Shown here in pieces: positions 9,650-20,368 of a stretch of DNA of 64,000 nucleotides. The DNA lies in NCBI GenBank assembly GCA_024644945.1, contig JAHEGU010000001.1, forward strand, positions 217,937 to 281,936, in the 5' to 3' direction. The position numbers were made by a program, and so were the translations under genes. Numbering within the stretch: position 1 is the stretch's first letter; each line of letters begins with the position of its first letter. The notes beneath the pieces were generated by a model. The model was not told the DNA's origin. It ran no database searches and saw only the letters and a list, made by a program, of their open reading frames with translations. The stretch comes from Gammaproteobacteria bacterium. Its GTDB lineage: Bacteria; Pseudomonadota; Gammaproteobacteria; Arenicellales; Poriferihabitantaceae.

Positions 9650-12490
9650 ATGCGCTCCCAATCCACTTTTCCGTTTGACGGGTCCGGAATTGCGCCGGAA
9701 TTGTTGCCAAATTTTCAGCATAGCTGGGAGCGATTCTGTGAAGTTGCTGACCAGACTGCGGTTGAAATTGTTAGTCAACGCAAGGATCTGCCGATGGTAT
9801 GGTGCGCCAGTGACTTTGTGTCGAGCTGGTGTATCCGTCATCCTAATGGTCTGGTTGCCCTGATCACTAAATCTGAACTTGACCAGGCACCTCAAGACAC
9901 CTTCTTTGCCAGTGCATTAACTGACCTTTTGAGTGACTGCGCTGACGAAGTCGATCTAGATAAAAACTTGAGGCTGTTTCGACAGCGGCAGATGGTGCGC
10001 TTAGCCTGGCAGGATCTGACTGGTATTGCCAAGCTGGAACAGACCATGGAAGCGGTGTCCGCCCTGGCCGAGGCGTCCGTTGAATCGGCATTGAATTGTC
10101 ACTATGAGTGGTTATCCACGCGATTTGGAACTCCCAGGAATGAAAAAGGTGACCAAGTAAGAATGGTGGTTCTAGGGCTTGGAAAACTAGGCGGCCGAGA
10201 GCTCAACTACTCTTCCGATATTGATCTCATGTATGCGTATGATGGGGCCGGTGACACGGACGGCGAGCGCAGTCTGAGTAATCAGGAATTTTTTATCAAA
10301 CTCGGAAGTAAAATAACCGGGGCATTGGATAGGATCGATAAAGATGGTTTCGTATTCCGCACTGATCTGCGTCTTCGCCCCAACGGGGATAGTGGACCCT
10401 TGGCGCTGTCGTTCGCGGCAATGGAACACTACTATCAGACTCATGGCCGTAACTGGGAACGCTATGCCCTGATCAAAGCCCGAGTGGTGGCAGGTGATCG
10501 AGACAGTGGCGAGCAATTGCTGTCGATGCTTAAACCATTTGTCTATCGTAAATATCTGGACTTTTCAGCTTTCGATTCGATCCGAGAGATGAAAACACTC
10601 ATTGAGCGACAGCTAGAATCAGGTGGCAACCAGGGAGACGTTAAACTCGGACGAGGCGGTATTCGCGAGATTGAATTTCTGGTGCAAAACCACCAATTGA
10701 TTCGAGGTGGACGGGAAAGAAGGTTGCAAACTAGTTCACTGTATCGAGCGATGCACCAGATGGTCAAGCTTGGGGTCCTGGATCAGACCGCCCATGATAA
10801 ATTATTGAAAGCATACCGGTTCTTACGCAATGTAGAGCACCGTCTGCAGATGGTGGCGGATAGACAAACCCAACGTCTACCTCAGGATTCTACCGAACAG
10901 GTGCGTCTGGCCATGGCCATGGGGTACTCAAGTTGGGGCCAATTTATCGAAATTCTTGATCAGCACCGCGACAACGTTCATGACTTGTTCGGTGAAGTAC
11001 TAGAAACCCCGGATAAGCCGACGGATGATACAGCGCTTTCTGCATTGGTGGCGTTATGGCAGGGGCAGTTGAATCCATCACAAGCGAGTGAAGAGCTCGC
11101 CAAGGCAGGCTTTAGCCAGCCTGACAACATTCCAGGATTACTTGCGCAGTTTCGCGCAGGGAGTTTATATCGGGCCTTTTCAAGTATTGAACGAGATCGT
11201 CTTGATCGACTGATGCCTCTTGTGCTCATGCAGGCAGGTATCCATGTCGAAGCCGAAAGAGCAATTTCATCGTTCATTTCTGTGGTTGAGGCAATTGGTC
11301 GTCGTTCTGTTTACTTGAGTCTGTTGATCGAAAACCCGATCGCACTCAAGCAATTATTGCATTTGTGCGCAGCCAGTCCATGGATTTCGCGGCACATCGG
11401 TCAGCACCCCGTAGTGTTGGATGAGTTACTACAGCCTATTGAGGGAATTGAAGGGCGCACCCGCGAACAGATTGCCGTTGAGCTTGATCACAGGCTGGGC
11501 CAGGTTGAGGCAGGAGACGTCGAAGCGCAGATGAATGCATTGCGTGAGTTTTATCATGCACAGGTGCTGCGAATTGCGGCCGCGGATGTGCGTGGTCAGA
11601 TCGATGGTGACCAGGTTCAACAAGGCTTGACTCGGCTTGCCGAGGTGATTTTGAACCAAGTGCTTGAGGATGCCATTAAAGTAATACAACAAAAACAAGG
11701 CTCTCCTCCCGGCGACGTGGGCATAATCGCATATGGCAAGTTTGCCGGAGAAGAGCTGGGCTATCACTCTGACCTGGATATTGTCGTGTGCTTCGAGCCC
11801 GCACAGTCAGCGTCTCCAGCCGATGCGGAATACTATTTCAGCAGAGTTGGGCAGCGCCTGATCAATCTGCTGACTACCCGTACTCCGGCGGGTACGTTAT
11901 ACGAATTGGATATGCGGCTTCGGCCAAGCGGCCGCAGTGGCACGTTGGTGACTTCGTTCAAGGCATTTGAGGAGTATCAGCTTAATAATGCGTGGACTTG
12001 GGAGCATCAGGCGCTGGTGAGAGCGCGCGTGGTAGTGGGTGCTCCCAGCGTCAATGAACGTTTTGAGGGTATCCGTCGACGGGTCCTTTGCAGTCATCGA
12101 CCAAGACCGGCTTTGCAGAAGGAAGTAATCGAAATGCGTCAGCGTATGGTAGAAGCCAACAGCAAGTCTGATCTGGATCACTACGATATCAAGCTCGACT
12201 ATGGCGGCATAGTGGATATTGAATTTCTGGTTCAATACCTGGTTTTGGCGCATGCCGAAGATCATCCTGAAATTGTTGAACCACGAAATACCCGGCTGAT
12301 CATAGCAGCTCTTGCGAAGCAGGGACTGCTAGATATTGATCAGGCAAATCAGTTGGTGGAGACCTACCGGCAGTTTCTGTGGCGTTCATTGGCGCTCAAA
12401 CTGATGGACCGCCAGGTGGTGATTCCGCAGCAAGAACTGGAAACTGAGAGAGAGTATGTCAAGAAATTATGGCAGGCGACTTTTGGTTGA
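9650..12490 (+). CDS. glnE: bifunctional glutamine synthetase adenylyltransferase/adenylyl-removing enzyme
   Basis: 946 aa with two nucleotidyltransferase halves: GLGKLGGRELNYSSDIDLMY...LRLRPNG and AYGKFAGEELGYHSDLDIVV...MRLRPSGRSG. Confidence 0.95.
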   Translation: MRSQSTFPFDGSGIAPELLPNFQHSWERFCEVADQTAVEIVSQRKDLPMVWCASDFVSSWCIRHPNGLVALITKSELDQAPQDTFFASALTDLLSDCADEVDLDKNLRLFRQRQMVRLAWQDLTGIAKLEQTMEAVSALAEASVESALNCHYEWLSTRFGTPRNEKGDQVRMVVLGLGKLGGRELNYSSDIDLMYAYDGAGDTDGERSLSNQEFFIKLGSKITGALDRIDKDGFVFRTDLRLRPNGDSGPLALSFAAMEHYYQTHGRNWERYALIKARVVAGDRDSGEQLLSMLKPFVYRKYLDFSAFDSIREMKTLIERQLESGGNQGDVKLGRGGIREIEFLVQNHQLIRGGRERRLQTSSLYRAMHQMVKLGVLDQTAHDKLLKAYRFLRNVEHRLQMVADRQTQRLPQDSTEQVRLAMAMGYSSWGQFIEILDQHRDNVHDLFGEVLETPDKPTDDTALSALVALWQGQLNPSQASEELAKAGFSQPDNIPGLLAQFRAGSLYRAFSSIERDRLDRLMPLVLMQAGIHVEAERAISSFISVVEAIGRRSVYLSLLIENPIALKQLLHLCAASPWISRHIGQHPVVLDELLQPIEGIEGRTREQIAVELDHRLGQVEAGDVEAQMNALREFYHAQVLRIAAADVRGQIDGDQVQQGLTRLAEVILNQVLEDAIKVIQQKQGSPPGDVGIIAYGKFAGEELGYHSDLDIVVCFEPAQSASPADAEYYFSRVGQRLINLLTTRTPAGTLYELDMRLRPSGRSGTLVTSFKAFEEYQLNNAWTWEHQALVRARVVVGAPSVNERFEGIRRRVLCSHRPRPALQKEVIEMRQRMVEANSKSDLDHYDIKLDYGGIVDIEFLVQYLVLAHAEDHPEIVEPRNTRLIIAALAKQGLLDIDQANQLVETYRQFLWRSLALKLMDRQVVIPQQELETEREYVKKLWQATFG

Positions 12491-12586
12491 CAAGTGCATC
12501 CCCGTGAATTATTAGTAGATTTTATTTGCTGTGCTCGGAAAAGCTGTCTATCCCGGGCCTGAGTATCAGAATTCGGAGTTTTTCTA

Positions 12587-13507
12587 ATGTCTTTTAGTGA
12601 TCGCGATGGCGTGATTTGGATGAATGGTGAGATGGTGCCGTGGCGTGACGCCAAGGTCCACGTGCTCACCCATACCCTGCATTATGGCATGGGGGTTTTT
12701 GAGGGCGTGCGCGCCTATCATGCAAAGAACGGAACCGCTATTTTTCGTTTACAGGACCACACCCGCAGATTAATGCAGTCGGCCCATATTTTAGGCATGA
12801 AGATCCCGTTTTCGGAAGATCAGATCAACCAGGCTCAGCTTGATGTGGTGAGAGAAAATGGGCTGGATTCGGCCTACTTGAGACCCATGGTGTTTCTGGG
12901 CTCCGAAGGCATGGGGCTGCGTGCAGACAACTTGAGTACCAACCTTTCGATTGCGGCCTGGGAATGGGGTTCCTACCTGGGTGAAGAAAATATGGAAAAG
13001 GGACTCAGGGTTCGGGTTTCCTCGTACGCGCGTCATCATGTCAATGTAAGCATGTGTCGCGCAAAAGCCAATGGTCATTACATCAATTCGATGCTGGCGC
13101 TGCAGGAAGCCCTTGATACCGGATACGACGAGGCATTGCTGCTTGATACCAGTGGTTTCGTAATGGAGGGTAGTGGCGAGAATCTGTTCATAATTCGCAA
13201 TGGTGTAATTTATACTCCAGATTTGACTTCCGCACTGGATGGGGTGACCAGAAAGACCGCCAATCGCATCATTGCAGACGAGGGGCTTGAGCTGGTGGAA
13301 AAACGAATCACTCGAGACGAAGTTTATATCGCCGACGAAGCTTTTTTTACGGGGACAGCGGCAGAGGTCACGCCAATTCGAGAAGTTGACAATCGTCAGA
13401 TTGGTACAGGAAAACGAGGGCCGATTACCGAGCGTATTCAAAGCAGATTCTTTGACGCCGTGCATGGTCGAGTCCCTGAATACGAGGAGTGGTTGAGTTA
13501 TGTCTGA
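12587..13507 (+). CDS. ilvE: branched-chain amino acid aminotransferase
   Basis: IWMNGEMVPWRDAKVHVLTHTLHYGMGVFEGVRAY, GENLFIIRNGVIYTP, FFTGTAAEVTPIREVD. 306 aa. Confidence 0.95.
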   Translation: MSFSDRDGVIWMNGEMVPWRDAKVHVLTHTLHYGMGVFEGVRAYHAKNGTAIFRLQDHTRRLMQSAHILGMKIPFSEDQINQAQLDVVRENGLDSAYLRPMVFLGSEGMGLRADNLSTNLSIAAWEWGSYLGEENMEKGLRVRVSSYARHHVNVSMCRAKANGHYINSMLALQEALDTGYDEALLLDTSGFVMEGSGENLFIIRNGVIYTPDLTSALDGVTRKTANRIIADEGLELVEKRITRDEVYIADEAFFTGTAAEVTPIREVDNRQIGTGKRGPITERIQSRFFDAVHGRVPEYEEWLSYV

Positions 13508-13730
13508 AGTAAGTAAAAATTCATCCAATGAACAAGATGACACACCCAATGCCCGGGAGCGGGTTGAGATCACTGCAGACGATCTGCCACTCCATTGCCC
13601 GATGCCGGGCAAACGGTTGTGGGATTCACACCCCAGAGTTTTTCTGCCCATAGCCGACAGTGGAGAAGAGACCTGCCCATATTGTGGCACGGTGTATGTA
13701 TTGAAAGGCCCGGTCGCTAAGAGTCACTAG
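13500..13730 (+). CDS. zinc-finger (zf-CHCC type) domain protein
   Basis: LHCPMP...HPRVFLPI...ETCPYCGTVYVL. There is an 8-nt overlap with the ilvE stop. 76 aa. Confidence 0.7.
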   Translation: MSEVSKNSSNEQDDTPNARERVEITADDLPLHCPMPGKRLWDSHPRVFLPIADSGEETCPYCGTVYVLKGPVAKSH

Positions 13731-13753
13731 CGGGACGATTTCATCTCCCATCC

Positions 13754-14755
13754 ATGAACAGAATTCTTGTCGTTGGACCCTCCTGGGTAGGCGACATGAT
13801 AATGGCCCAGAGCCTGTTCAAGACTCTGATTCAGCAGCGGCCGGAGTGCCGGATTTCAGTGCTTGCCCCCTCCTGGAGCGAACCGGTACTGGCGCGAATG
13901 CCCGAAGTGACATCAAGCATTGCGATGCCAGTTGGCCACGGTCGTTTAGAGATTGCCCAACGCTGGCGGTTGAGTGGAACCTTGAAGTCACAATTCGATC
14001 AGGCAATCGTTTTACCTGGATCTTTCAAGTCTGCCCTGATTCCATGGTTTGCAGGGGTCAAGCGACGCACTGGTTTCATTGGAGAACAGCGTTACGGACT
14101 GCTTAACGATTATCGAAAGCTGGATCAAGGGGCTTTACCCTATAGTGTTCAGCGCTTCGTCGCCCTTGGCCACGAATCCGACCAGCCGCCCATTCCTCTG
14201 GATCAGATTCCGTGGCCGGTGCTGGAAATAGAATCAGATCGCCGTCACCAGATATGCAGCCAGTTTGGACTCAACCACCAGACTCCAATAATCGCATTGT
14301 GTCCGGGTGCCGAATACGGGCCAGCAAAACAATGGCCGCCGGATTACTTTGCCGAGGTAGCCAGACATCAGCTCGGGTTAAACCGGCAGGTCATGATACT
14401 GGGATCCGAAAAAGATCAAGCGGCAGCCAATTTGATCTGCGGAATTGCAAATGATTGTACCGACCTCACTGGAAAGACATCGCTCGGCGATGCCATTGAC
14501 CTGATGTCAGCGGCTACCCATGTTGTGACTAATGATTCAGGCTTAATGCATGTGGCCGCGGCGGTTGGCTGTCATGTTGTCGCTATATATGGTTCTTCCA
14601 GTGACGCATTTACACCGCCTCTGACCAATACAGCCGACAGGCTGTATCTCGACCTCCCTTGTCGGCCCTGCTTTCAACGGCACTGTCCACTGGGGCACCT
14701 GGATTGTCTGCACAAACTGGAGGCCGCGCAGGTAATCGAGGTTCTGAATAAATAG
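13754..14755 (+). CDS. waaF: ADP-heptose:LPS heptosyltransferase II
   Basis: MNRILVVGPSWVGDMIMAQSLF, GAEYGPAKQWP, VTNDSGLMHVAAAVG. 333 aa. Confidence 0.9.
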   Translation: MNRILVVGPSWVGDMIMAQSLFKTLIQQRPECRISVLAPSWSEPVLARMPEVTSSIAMPVGHGRLEIAQRWRLSGTLKSQFDQAIVLPGSFKSALIPWFAGVKRRTGFIGEQRYGLLNDYRKLDQGALPYSVQRFVALGHESDQPPIPLDQIPWPVLEIESDRRHQICSQFGLNHQTPIIALCPGAEYGPAKQWPPDYFAEVARHQLGLNRQVMILGSEKDQAAANLICGIANDCTDLTGKTSLGDAIDLMSAATHVVTNDSGLMHVAAAVGCHVVAIYGSSSDAFTPPLTNTADRLYLDLPCRPCFQRHCPLGHLDCLHKLEAAQVIEVLNK

Positions 14756-14907
14756 CGGACTTTAGTGCCCAGACGATGACCAGATGCGGTGAAAAAATTG
14801 AATAACAACATGTCGATTGAGCCGCTGCGAGGTCGGACATTCGGCGCCACGATCACACTTAGTCTGTCCGGCAGCGCACAAGTCATCGCATACTGTCTCG
14901 AGCGATC

Positions 14908-16071
14908 ATGACAAATGACACTTCAACATGCGTAGTCAACGGATTCACGGCATTTTTATTCTCCTGCACCGGACCAGTAGCAATCATTCTCGCCGTGGCG
15001 AACGCTACGGGCCTTGAACAACAACATGTGTCGTCCTGGCTTTTCGGCGGCTTCGCCATCACGGGCTTATTCACGCTTTTTTTCAGTTTCAGATATCGAC
15101 AACCCATTGCCTTCGCCTGGACTATTCCGGGTACGGTATTGCTGTTATCTGCGCTGGATCATTTGGCGTTCCAGGAGGTGGTAGGTGCTTACCTGGTAAC
15201 AGCGCTACTTATACTGATTGTGGGGATTACCGGCATTGGGAAAAAGGTGATCGAGCTGATACCGAAGCCGGTGGTGATGGCAATGGTGGCTGGAGTGTTT
15301 CTGGATTTTGGTTTACAACTGGTGGCTGCTTTTGGCCAATCAGCCATGATGGCGAGCGTGATGGTGGTGTCGTTTATTGGGGTGACCCTGTCACGCCGGG
15401 TTCAGCGTTTGTTTCCGCCGATCATGGTTGCCCTTGTCACCGGTGCAGTGGTGGTTATCTTAACCAATGCGGTTAAAGATACAGGGGTGCCACCAGGGAT
15501 CCTGACCGCGCCCATTGTGTTTACACCGCAATTCTCTATCAGCGCCATAGTAGAGTTAGTTGTGCCACTGGCCATCACCGTGCTGATGGTTCAAAACGCG
15601 CAAGGATTCGCAGTGCTGAGTAATGCCGGTCACCAGCCGCCAGTCAACGCCATGACGACTGCTTGTGGTATTGGATCTTTTCTGCTCGGCCTGGTTGGAT
15701 CTGTGTCTATGTGTGTCACTGGCCCATCCAACGCCATTCTCTCCAGCGGTGGCCCAAGACGGCAACAGTATATTGGTGCGGTGATTTATGGCCTGTTGGC
15801 GATACTGTTTGGTTTGTTCAGTACGTTTATGACCTGGCTCGCGCTCAAGCTTCCGGAAGCGTACATTGCGGTACTGGGGGGGCTTGCGGTGTTTCGAGTT
15901 CTAGAGGGTGCGTTCGTCGCGGCATTCTCAAATGGTTATACCTTGGGTGCATTGACCACGCTTTTAATTACGGTTTCGGATATCACCTTACTCAATATCG
16001 GTGCGCCGTTCTGGGGTCTGGTAATGGGGGCCATGGTATCGACGTTGCTCGAGGGTCATGCACAGAGCTAA
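14908..16071 (+). CDS. benE: BenE family benzoate/H+ symporter-like transporter
   Basis: Polytopic membrane protein. N-terminal ...SSWLFGGFAITGLFTLFFSFRYRQPIAFAWTIPGTVLL matches the BenE family signature as I remember it. Confidence 0.8.
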   Translation: MTNDTSTCVVNGFTAFLFSCTGPVAIILAVANATGLEQQHVSSWLFGGFAITGLFTLFFSFRYRQPIAFAWTIPGTVLLLSALDHLAFQEVVGAYLVTALLILIVGITGIGKKVIELIPKPVVMAMVAGVFLDFGLQLVAAFGQSAMMASVMVVSFIGVTLSRRVQRLFPPIMVALVTGAVVVILTNAVKDTGVPPGILTAPIVFTPQFSISAIVELVVPLAITVLMVQNAQGFAVLSNAGHQPPVNAMTTACGIGSFLLGLVGSVSMCVTGPSNAILSSGGPRRQQYIGAVIYGLLAILFGLFSTFMTWLALKLPEAYIAVLGGLAVFRVLEGAFVAAFSNGYTLGALTTLLITVSDITLLNIGAPFWGLVMGAMVSTLLEGHAQS

Positions 16072-16122
16072 TTGACCTCTTAAGTGACCCAACCAACAAT
16101 CATTCTTCGATTCAACCCTACA

Positions 16123-17493
16123 CTATGTCGCAGAGCCCGATATAAGTCTTCTGGATAACTGGTGGAAGCGATAGGCGAGCAACAAGCCGGTTGCGGTCAG
16201 CCCCATGGCAAGCCCCCACCACAGACCGGTACCACCAAATTCCATCCAGAATGCCAGCCATGATCCACCGCCGATTCCGAGGATCCAGTAACCGAATCCT
16301 GCAATCCACAGCGGGGCTACGCTGTCTTTGACCCCACGTAAGGCGCGCGCCGCGATCGCCTGGAGCCCGTCGAATACCTGGAAGATGGCCGCGATAGTGA
16401 GAAATTGGATCGATAAAAGTGAGACCACTGCATAACCGGGATCGGAAGGGGCAATAAAAATATCGATGATGTAAGCGGCAAAACCCAGTGGAATGATCAT
16501 CATCATGACCAGAATCAAAATACCGATAAGCATTCCGAGTATCCCGGACTGTCGGGCGGTATCGAGACGGTTTCTGCCAGTGCCATGTGCGACCCGGACC
16601 ATGGTGGCCTCAGCAATACCCAAGGCAATTACGAACGGTATTCCGACCCACGACATTACTATTTCATATGCCGCGAGCGTCTCAGCACCGATGATGCCGG
16701 ATAGAATTGACGCAGCGGAAAACATGCCCGCTTCCAGGAATACCAGACCGGCTACCGGTATACCGAGCAGCATAATTTCCTTACAAATCTCGGTATCTAG
16801 CTTCCAGCGCTCGGCAAATACCCCGTACCCACGCAGCGCGGTGGTCCGGTAGACGTGCCAGAGTAAAGCGAGGAACATCAGCCAGGATACGATACTGGTA
16901 GCCAGTCCGGCTCCGAAAAGACCCAATGCGGGGACGCCCCATCCACCGTGCACCAACCATAGGGTCAGGAGATAGTTAACCAGCACCGCCACCGCAGTAA
17001 TTGACATGACGGCTTGGGGCCGAGCCAGGGCCGAGACAAAGTTTCTGAGCACAGCGAAAAACAGCACCGGGAGTACGCAGGCGCTTAGTCCATGCAGATA
17101 GGGCACCACCAGATGCAGCACTCGGGGATCCTGACTGGTCCATCCTAATATGATATCGAGATGCCATACCAGTATCATTGAGGGTGTGCCGAGCAACAAC
17201 GAAACAATAATTCCCTGCCTCACGGCAAGCCCTGCCTGTTTTTTTTCTCCGGCCCCCTCCGCTTGCGCGCACAACACCCCTACGATAGACAACAAGCCCA
17301 TTAGAATGACCAACACCTCGAAAGACAAATTGCCGGCAATGCCTACGGCCGCCAGTTCGTAGTACCCAAGTTTGCCAACCACCATCTTGGTGGTGACAAA
17401 CATGGCAAATTCAGCAAGATAGGCGGCAGAAAGTGGTAACGCGATGCGCATCAAGGTTACCGCCTCACTTCTAGTTCCCGGGTTTGTGATCAA
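16123..17493 (-). CDS. MATE family efflux transporter
   Basis: 456 aa, 12-TM profile, N-terminal LMRIALPLSAAYLAEFAMFVTTKMVVGKLG typical of NorM/MATE proteins. Confidence 0.9.
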   Translation of the reverse strand: MITNPGTRSEAVTLMRIALPLSAAYLAEFAMFVTTKMVVGKLGYYELAAVGIAGNLSFEVLVILMGLLSIVGVLCAQAEGAGEKKQAGLAVRQGIIVSLLLGTPSMILVWHLDIILGWTSQDPRVLHLVVPYLHGLSACVLPVLFFAVLRNFVSALARPQAVMSITAVAVLVNYLLTLWLVHGGWGVPALGLFGAGLATSIVSWLMFLALLWHVYRTTALRGYGVFAERWKLDTEICKEIMLLGIPVAGLVFLEAGMFSAASILSGIIGAETLAAYEIVMSWVGIPFVIALGIAEATMVRVAHGTGRNRLDTARQSGILGMLIGILILVMMMIIPLGFAAYIIDIFIAPSDPGYAVVSLLSIQFLTIAAIFQVFDGLQAIAARALRGVKDSVAPLWIAGFGYWILGIGGGSWLAFWMEFGGTGLWWGLAMGLTATGLLLAYRFHQLSRRLISGSAT

Positions 17494-17819
17494 GGGTGAT
17501 CCTTTAAAAAAACGCGAGTATAGCGACTAACGGACTACTAATTTGAATGGTTTAAAAACATAATTGAGAATAATCGACCGGGTCTTTACACTCTGACAAC
17601 AATTAACAGGTGGGCGCGCGCCTCGATACGTCGAGACTGGAAAAACAGGACAAAGGGTTGAACGTTACCTGGGCGAATGGTGATGAGAGCTTTCATCAAA
17701 AGTACCGGCTTCTGGCAAGTCGGTTGGGTCACGATCAAGAGGCTGATCTGATCCTGTCTGGCGATATGGTAGCCTAAAGCTAAGGATGTCCTCTCATTTT
17801 ATCAATTGGAGTGAATTAG

Positions 17820-18587
17820 ATGAAACAGCGTGTAGCGGTGGTGACCGGTGGGCTGCAGGGTATTGGTCTGGCTGTTGCCCAGGCCTTGACCCAAAACGGA
17901 GTGCGCGTAGCGGTAGGCTCTAGGAGAGGTGGCGACCCCCGAGCATCCAGTGCGGCGAACAAAGCGGTGGGCAGCGACGGACTTGTTAGTCGCCTTGACG
18001 TAGCTTCTTCAGATTCAGTGGAAGCGTTTATTGAAGAAGTTAAAGCTGCGATGGGCATGCCTGACATTCTAATCAATGCGGCTGGTGTGTCGGTGCATCA
18101 GACCGTGTGCGGTCATTCTGATGAAGACTGGAACCAAGTCATCGATATCAATCTTAGCGGACCGTTTCGCATGATCAGGGCATGTCTACCTGAGATGAAG
18201 CAGCAAGGATGGGGGAGGATCGTTAATATTGCCTCGACAGCCGCCAGAACTGCGGCTCCTACCCACGCGGCGTACTGCGCTTCAAAAACTGGATTGGTGG
18301 GCATGACTCGTGCGGTGGCATTGGAAGGCGGACCACATGGGGTAACCTGCGTTGCAATCAGTCCGGGTTGGGTGGAAACAGACATGTTGCGTGAGAGCGC
18401 GCGTACTATGGCGAAAACATCCGGACGCACCGAGGCCGAGGAAATTGCCGCAATGGGCGCGACTAATCCGCAGAATCGCCTTATTCAACCCGAGGAGATC
18501 GCAGCGCTAACGACGTATTGCTGTTCAGAGGCTGCGGCTGGCCTGACCATGGAAGATATTCAGGTTAACGCAGGGGCGTTGTGGTAA
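17820..18587 (+). CDS. SDR family oxidoreductase
   Basis: VAVVTGGLQGIGLAVA (TGxxxGxG), NAAG, YCASK (YxxxK). 255 aa. Confidence 0.9.
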   Translation: MKQRVAVVTGGLQGIGLAVAQALTQNGVRVAVGSRRGGDPRASSAANKAVGSDGLVSRLDVASSDSVEAFIEEVKAAMGMPDILINAAGVSVHQTVCGHSDEDWNQVIDINLSGPFRMIRACLPEMKQQGWGRIVNIASTAARTAAPTHAAYCASKTGLVGMTRAVALEGGPHGVTCVAISPGWVETDMLRESARTMAKTSGRTEAEEIAAMGATNPQNRLIQPEEIAALTTYCCSEAAAGLTMEDIQVNAGALW

Positions 18588-19467
18588 CTGGAGGAGCCGT
18601 GCACACCAGTTCATAGGGGTAACGCTCAGAGATGGTTCCCGTATGCTGAAACACATCCAGTATGACTTCGTATGCTTGAGGCGTAATCTCCACATGGGGC
18701 GTCCAGCAGCCAAGCTGCTGGTAGGTGGCGATGCACGCCTCAAGGGCGCTGAGATCGGTATCCGGGAAAAAATCCTTTTCCATACTGGCGATCTCATTTG
18801 CGGGTGCCCGATTTAGAAATTCGCGGGCATTGGCATAAGCCGTGGTAAATGCGATGGCCATGTCCGACTGAAGCCACTCCCGTGATGCCGCCAGACTTGA
18901 AAACGCGCAGGGGCCTATCTTCGGTCCGACCTGGGCCACGATGGTGGCTATTCCATCTGCCTCCAGCTGTTGCGGGAAGGGCCCTTGCTGCTGGACGTAT
19001 TGACCAGCGCCGTGACGGAAGGCGGCGTCGATATCCGCAGCTCCGCCAGGTGTCACCGCAATGATCTTTTCATAATCGATCCCTGCCTGATGGCAGGCAT
19101 AGCGAAACATTGCGTTGGGCTGGCCACCTTTGAACATCACTACTTCCGCGCCTTCGAGTTTGTTCCAAGAGAAATCTGGATCTGGTGTTCGGCCGCTGAT
19201 AAAGAATCCATCCATTTCATTAATCTGGGCAAAGTGCACTGCAACCGGCGTCTCTCCTTTGTTCAAAGAATTAAATCCCTGGCTTGGTGCAGTTTGGATC
19301 ACATGCGCCGAACCATCGACAATGGCGTCGACGGCCGACTTGCCTGGCGCGGATACCGACCACTCATAATCCAGTTCCTGTTCTCGCAGGAATCCGCCTG
19401 CCATGGTTACAATCAATGGGGAATAGAAGGCTGAAAAAAGTGTGAACTGGATGTTGATAGTAGTCAT
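18565..19467 (-). CDS. NMT1/SsuA-like substrate-binding-fold protein without signal peptide
   Basis: The likely start is the Met of MTTINIQFTLFSAFYSPLIVTMAGGFL (cat 19465-19467) rather than the longer ORF-track start. The periplasmic-binding-protein type II pattern is tentative. Confidence 0.6.
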   Translation of the reverse strand: MTTINIQFTLFSAFYSPLIVTMAGGFLREQELDYEWSVSAPGKSAVDAIVDGSAHVIQTAPSQGFNSLNKGETPVAVHFAQINEMDGFFISGRTPDPDFSWNKLEGAEVVMFKGGQPNAMFRYACHQAGIDYEKIIAVTPGGAADIDAAFRHGAGQYVQQQGPFPQQLEADGIATIVAQVGPKIGPCAFSSLAASREWLQSDMAIAFTTAYANAREFLNRAPANEIASMEKDFFPDTDLSALEACIATYQQLGCWTPHVEITPQAYEVILDVFQHTGTISERYPYELVCTAPPVTTTPLR

Positions 19468-19619
19468 GAAAGTGCAGGTATCTTTTTTAAAAGAACGGGC
19501 ACCTTCCCATAGGCATGCAGTAATATCAAGGATGATCGATATCGCCCGAAGCCTCGATGAACGATAAACTATACAATTTATCTCATCGCTGCAGGTCTGC
19601 AATTATCCGGAGGTATTTC

Positions 19620-20267
19620 ATGACAAAAAACAGACTTGAGGACAAGCTGGATGCGGTATATCAATCGGGTGGAGATCGTGATAAGCAGGATGCGGTCTAT
19701 GACCAGTGGGCAAGGAATTATGACCAGGATCTTTGGGCTTCGGGTAATCCCTATATCGCCTTAATGACAGGGATGGCCGGGCGCCATATTCATGACAAGA
19801 CGGCGAAGATACTGGACGCGGGTTGCGGCACAGGCAATATGGCACAGCTATTGGTCGCGATCGGCTATAAAAACATAGTGGGCATTGACGCTTCCGAAGG
19901 AATGCTGGCGGTGGCCCGATCCAAGGGGGTCTATCAGGAAGTGCATCAGCTGTTGCTCGAAGGAAAAATCAACTTGTCATCCAATAGTTTTGACGCGGTG
20001 ACAGCGGCCGGGGTATTGACTCACGGCCACGCCGGCCCAGACTCTCTGGACGGACTGTTGACCTTAGCAAAGCCAGGTGCACCGATTATTTTCTCAATCT
20101 CAAAGCCCGCTATGGAAGAGTGTGGATACGCCGATAAGATCGAGGCCCTTGAAAAATCGGGTCAATGGCGGCTCGCGGATCAAAGTGATCAGTTTCGTAC
20201 TTATCCGTTTTCTGATCAATATGCCGATCTGCGACATTGGATCTATGTTTTTCGCAAATCGGATTAA
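19620..20267 (+). CDS. class I SAM-dependent methyltransferase
   Basis: Motif I ILDAGCGTGN. GGAGG Shine-Dalgarno 8 nt upstream of the ATG at 19620. The ORF-track start at 19557 is probably too long. Confidence 0.85.
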   Translation: MTKNRLEDKLDAVYQSGGDRDKQDAVYDQWARNYDQDLWASGNPYIALMTGMAGRHIHDKTAKILDAGCGTGNMAQLLVAIGYKNIVGIDASEGMLAVARSKGVYQEVHQLLLEGKINLSSNSFDAVTAAGVLTHGHAGPDSLDGLLTLAKPGAPIIFSISKPAMEECGYADKIEALEKSGQWRLADQSDQFRTYPFSDQYADLRHWIYVFRKSD

Positions 20268-20368
20268 AGATAATTCCATTGCCAAATTCGAATTGAATCA
20301 CCACAATACCGATATAAGTTTTTAGCGCACATTTTCCGTCCAATCTAATACTTTTTCCTTTTATCTGA

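Noticed and set aside
12791-13690. 299-aa minus-strand ORF antisense to ilvE and the zinc-finger gene
   Set aside because: It is long but spans two well-supported plus-strand genes and has no recognisable domain. It is a shadow ORF.
17610-17777. 55-codon GTG-initiated ORF (VGARLDTSRLEKQDKGLNVTWANGDESFHQKYRLLASRLGHDQEADLILSGDMVA) between the MATE and SDR genes
   Set aside because: It faintly resembles a DUF971-like N-terminal segment, but I cannot support that without a search. It has no clear Shine-Dalgarno. It is left unannotated as a possible remnant.
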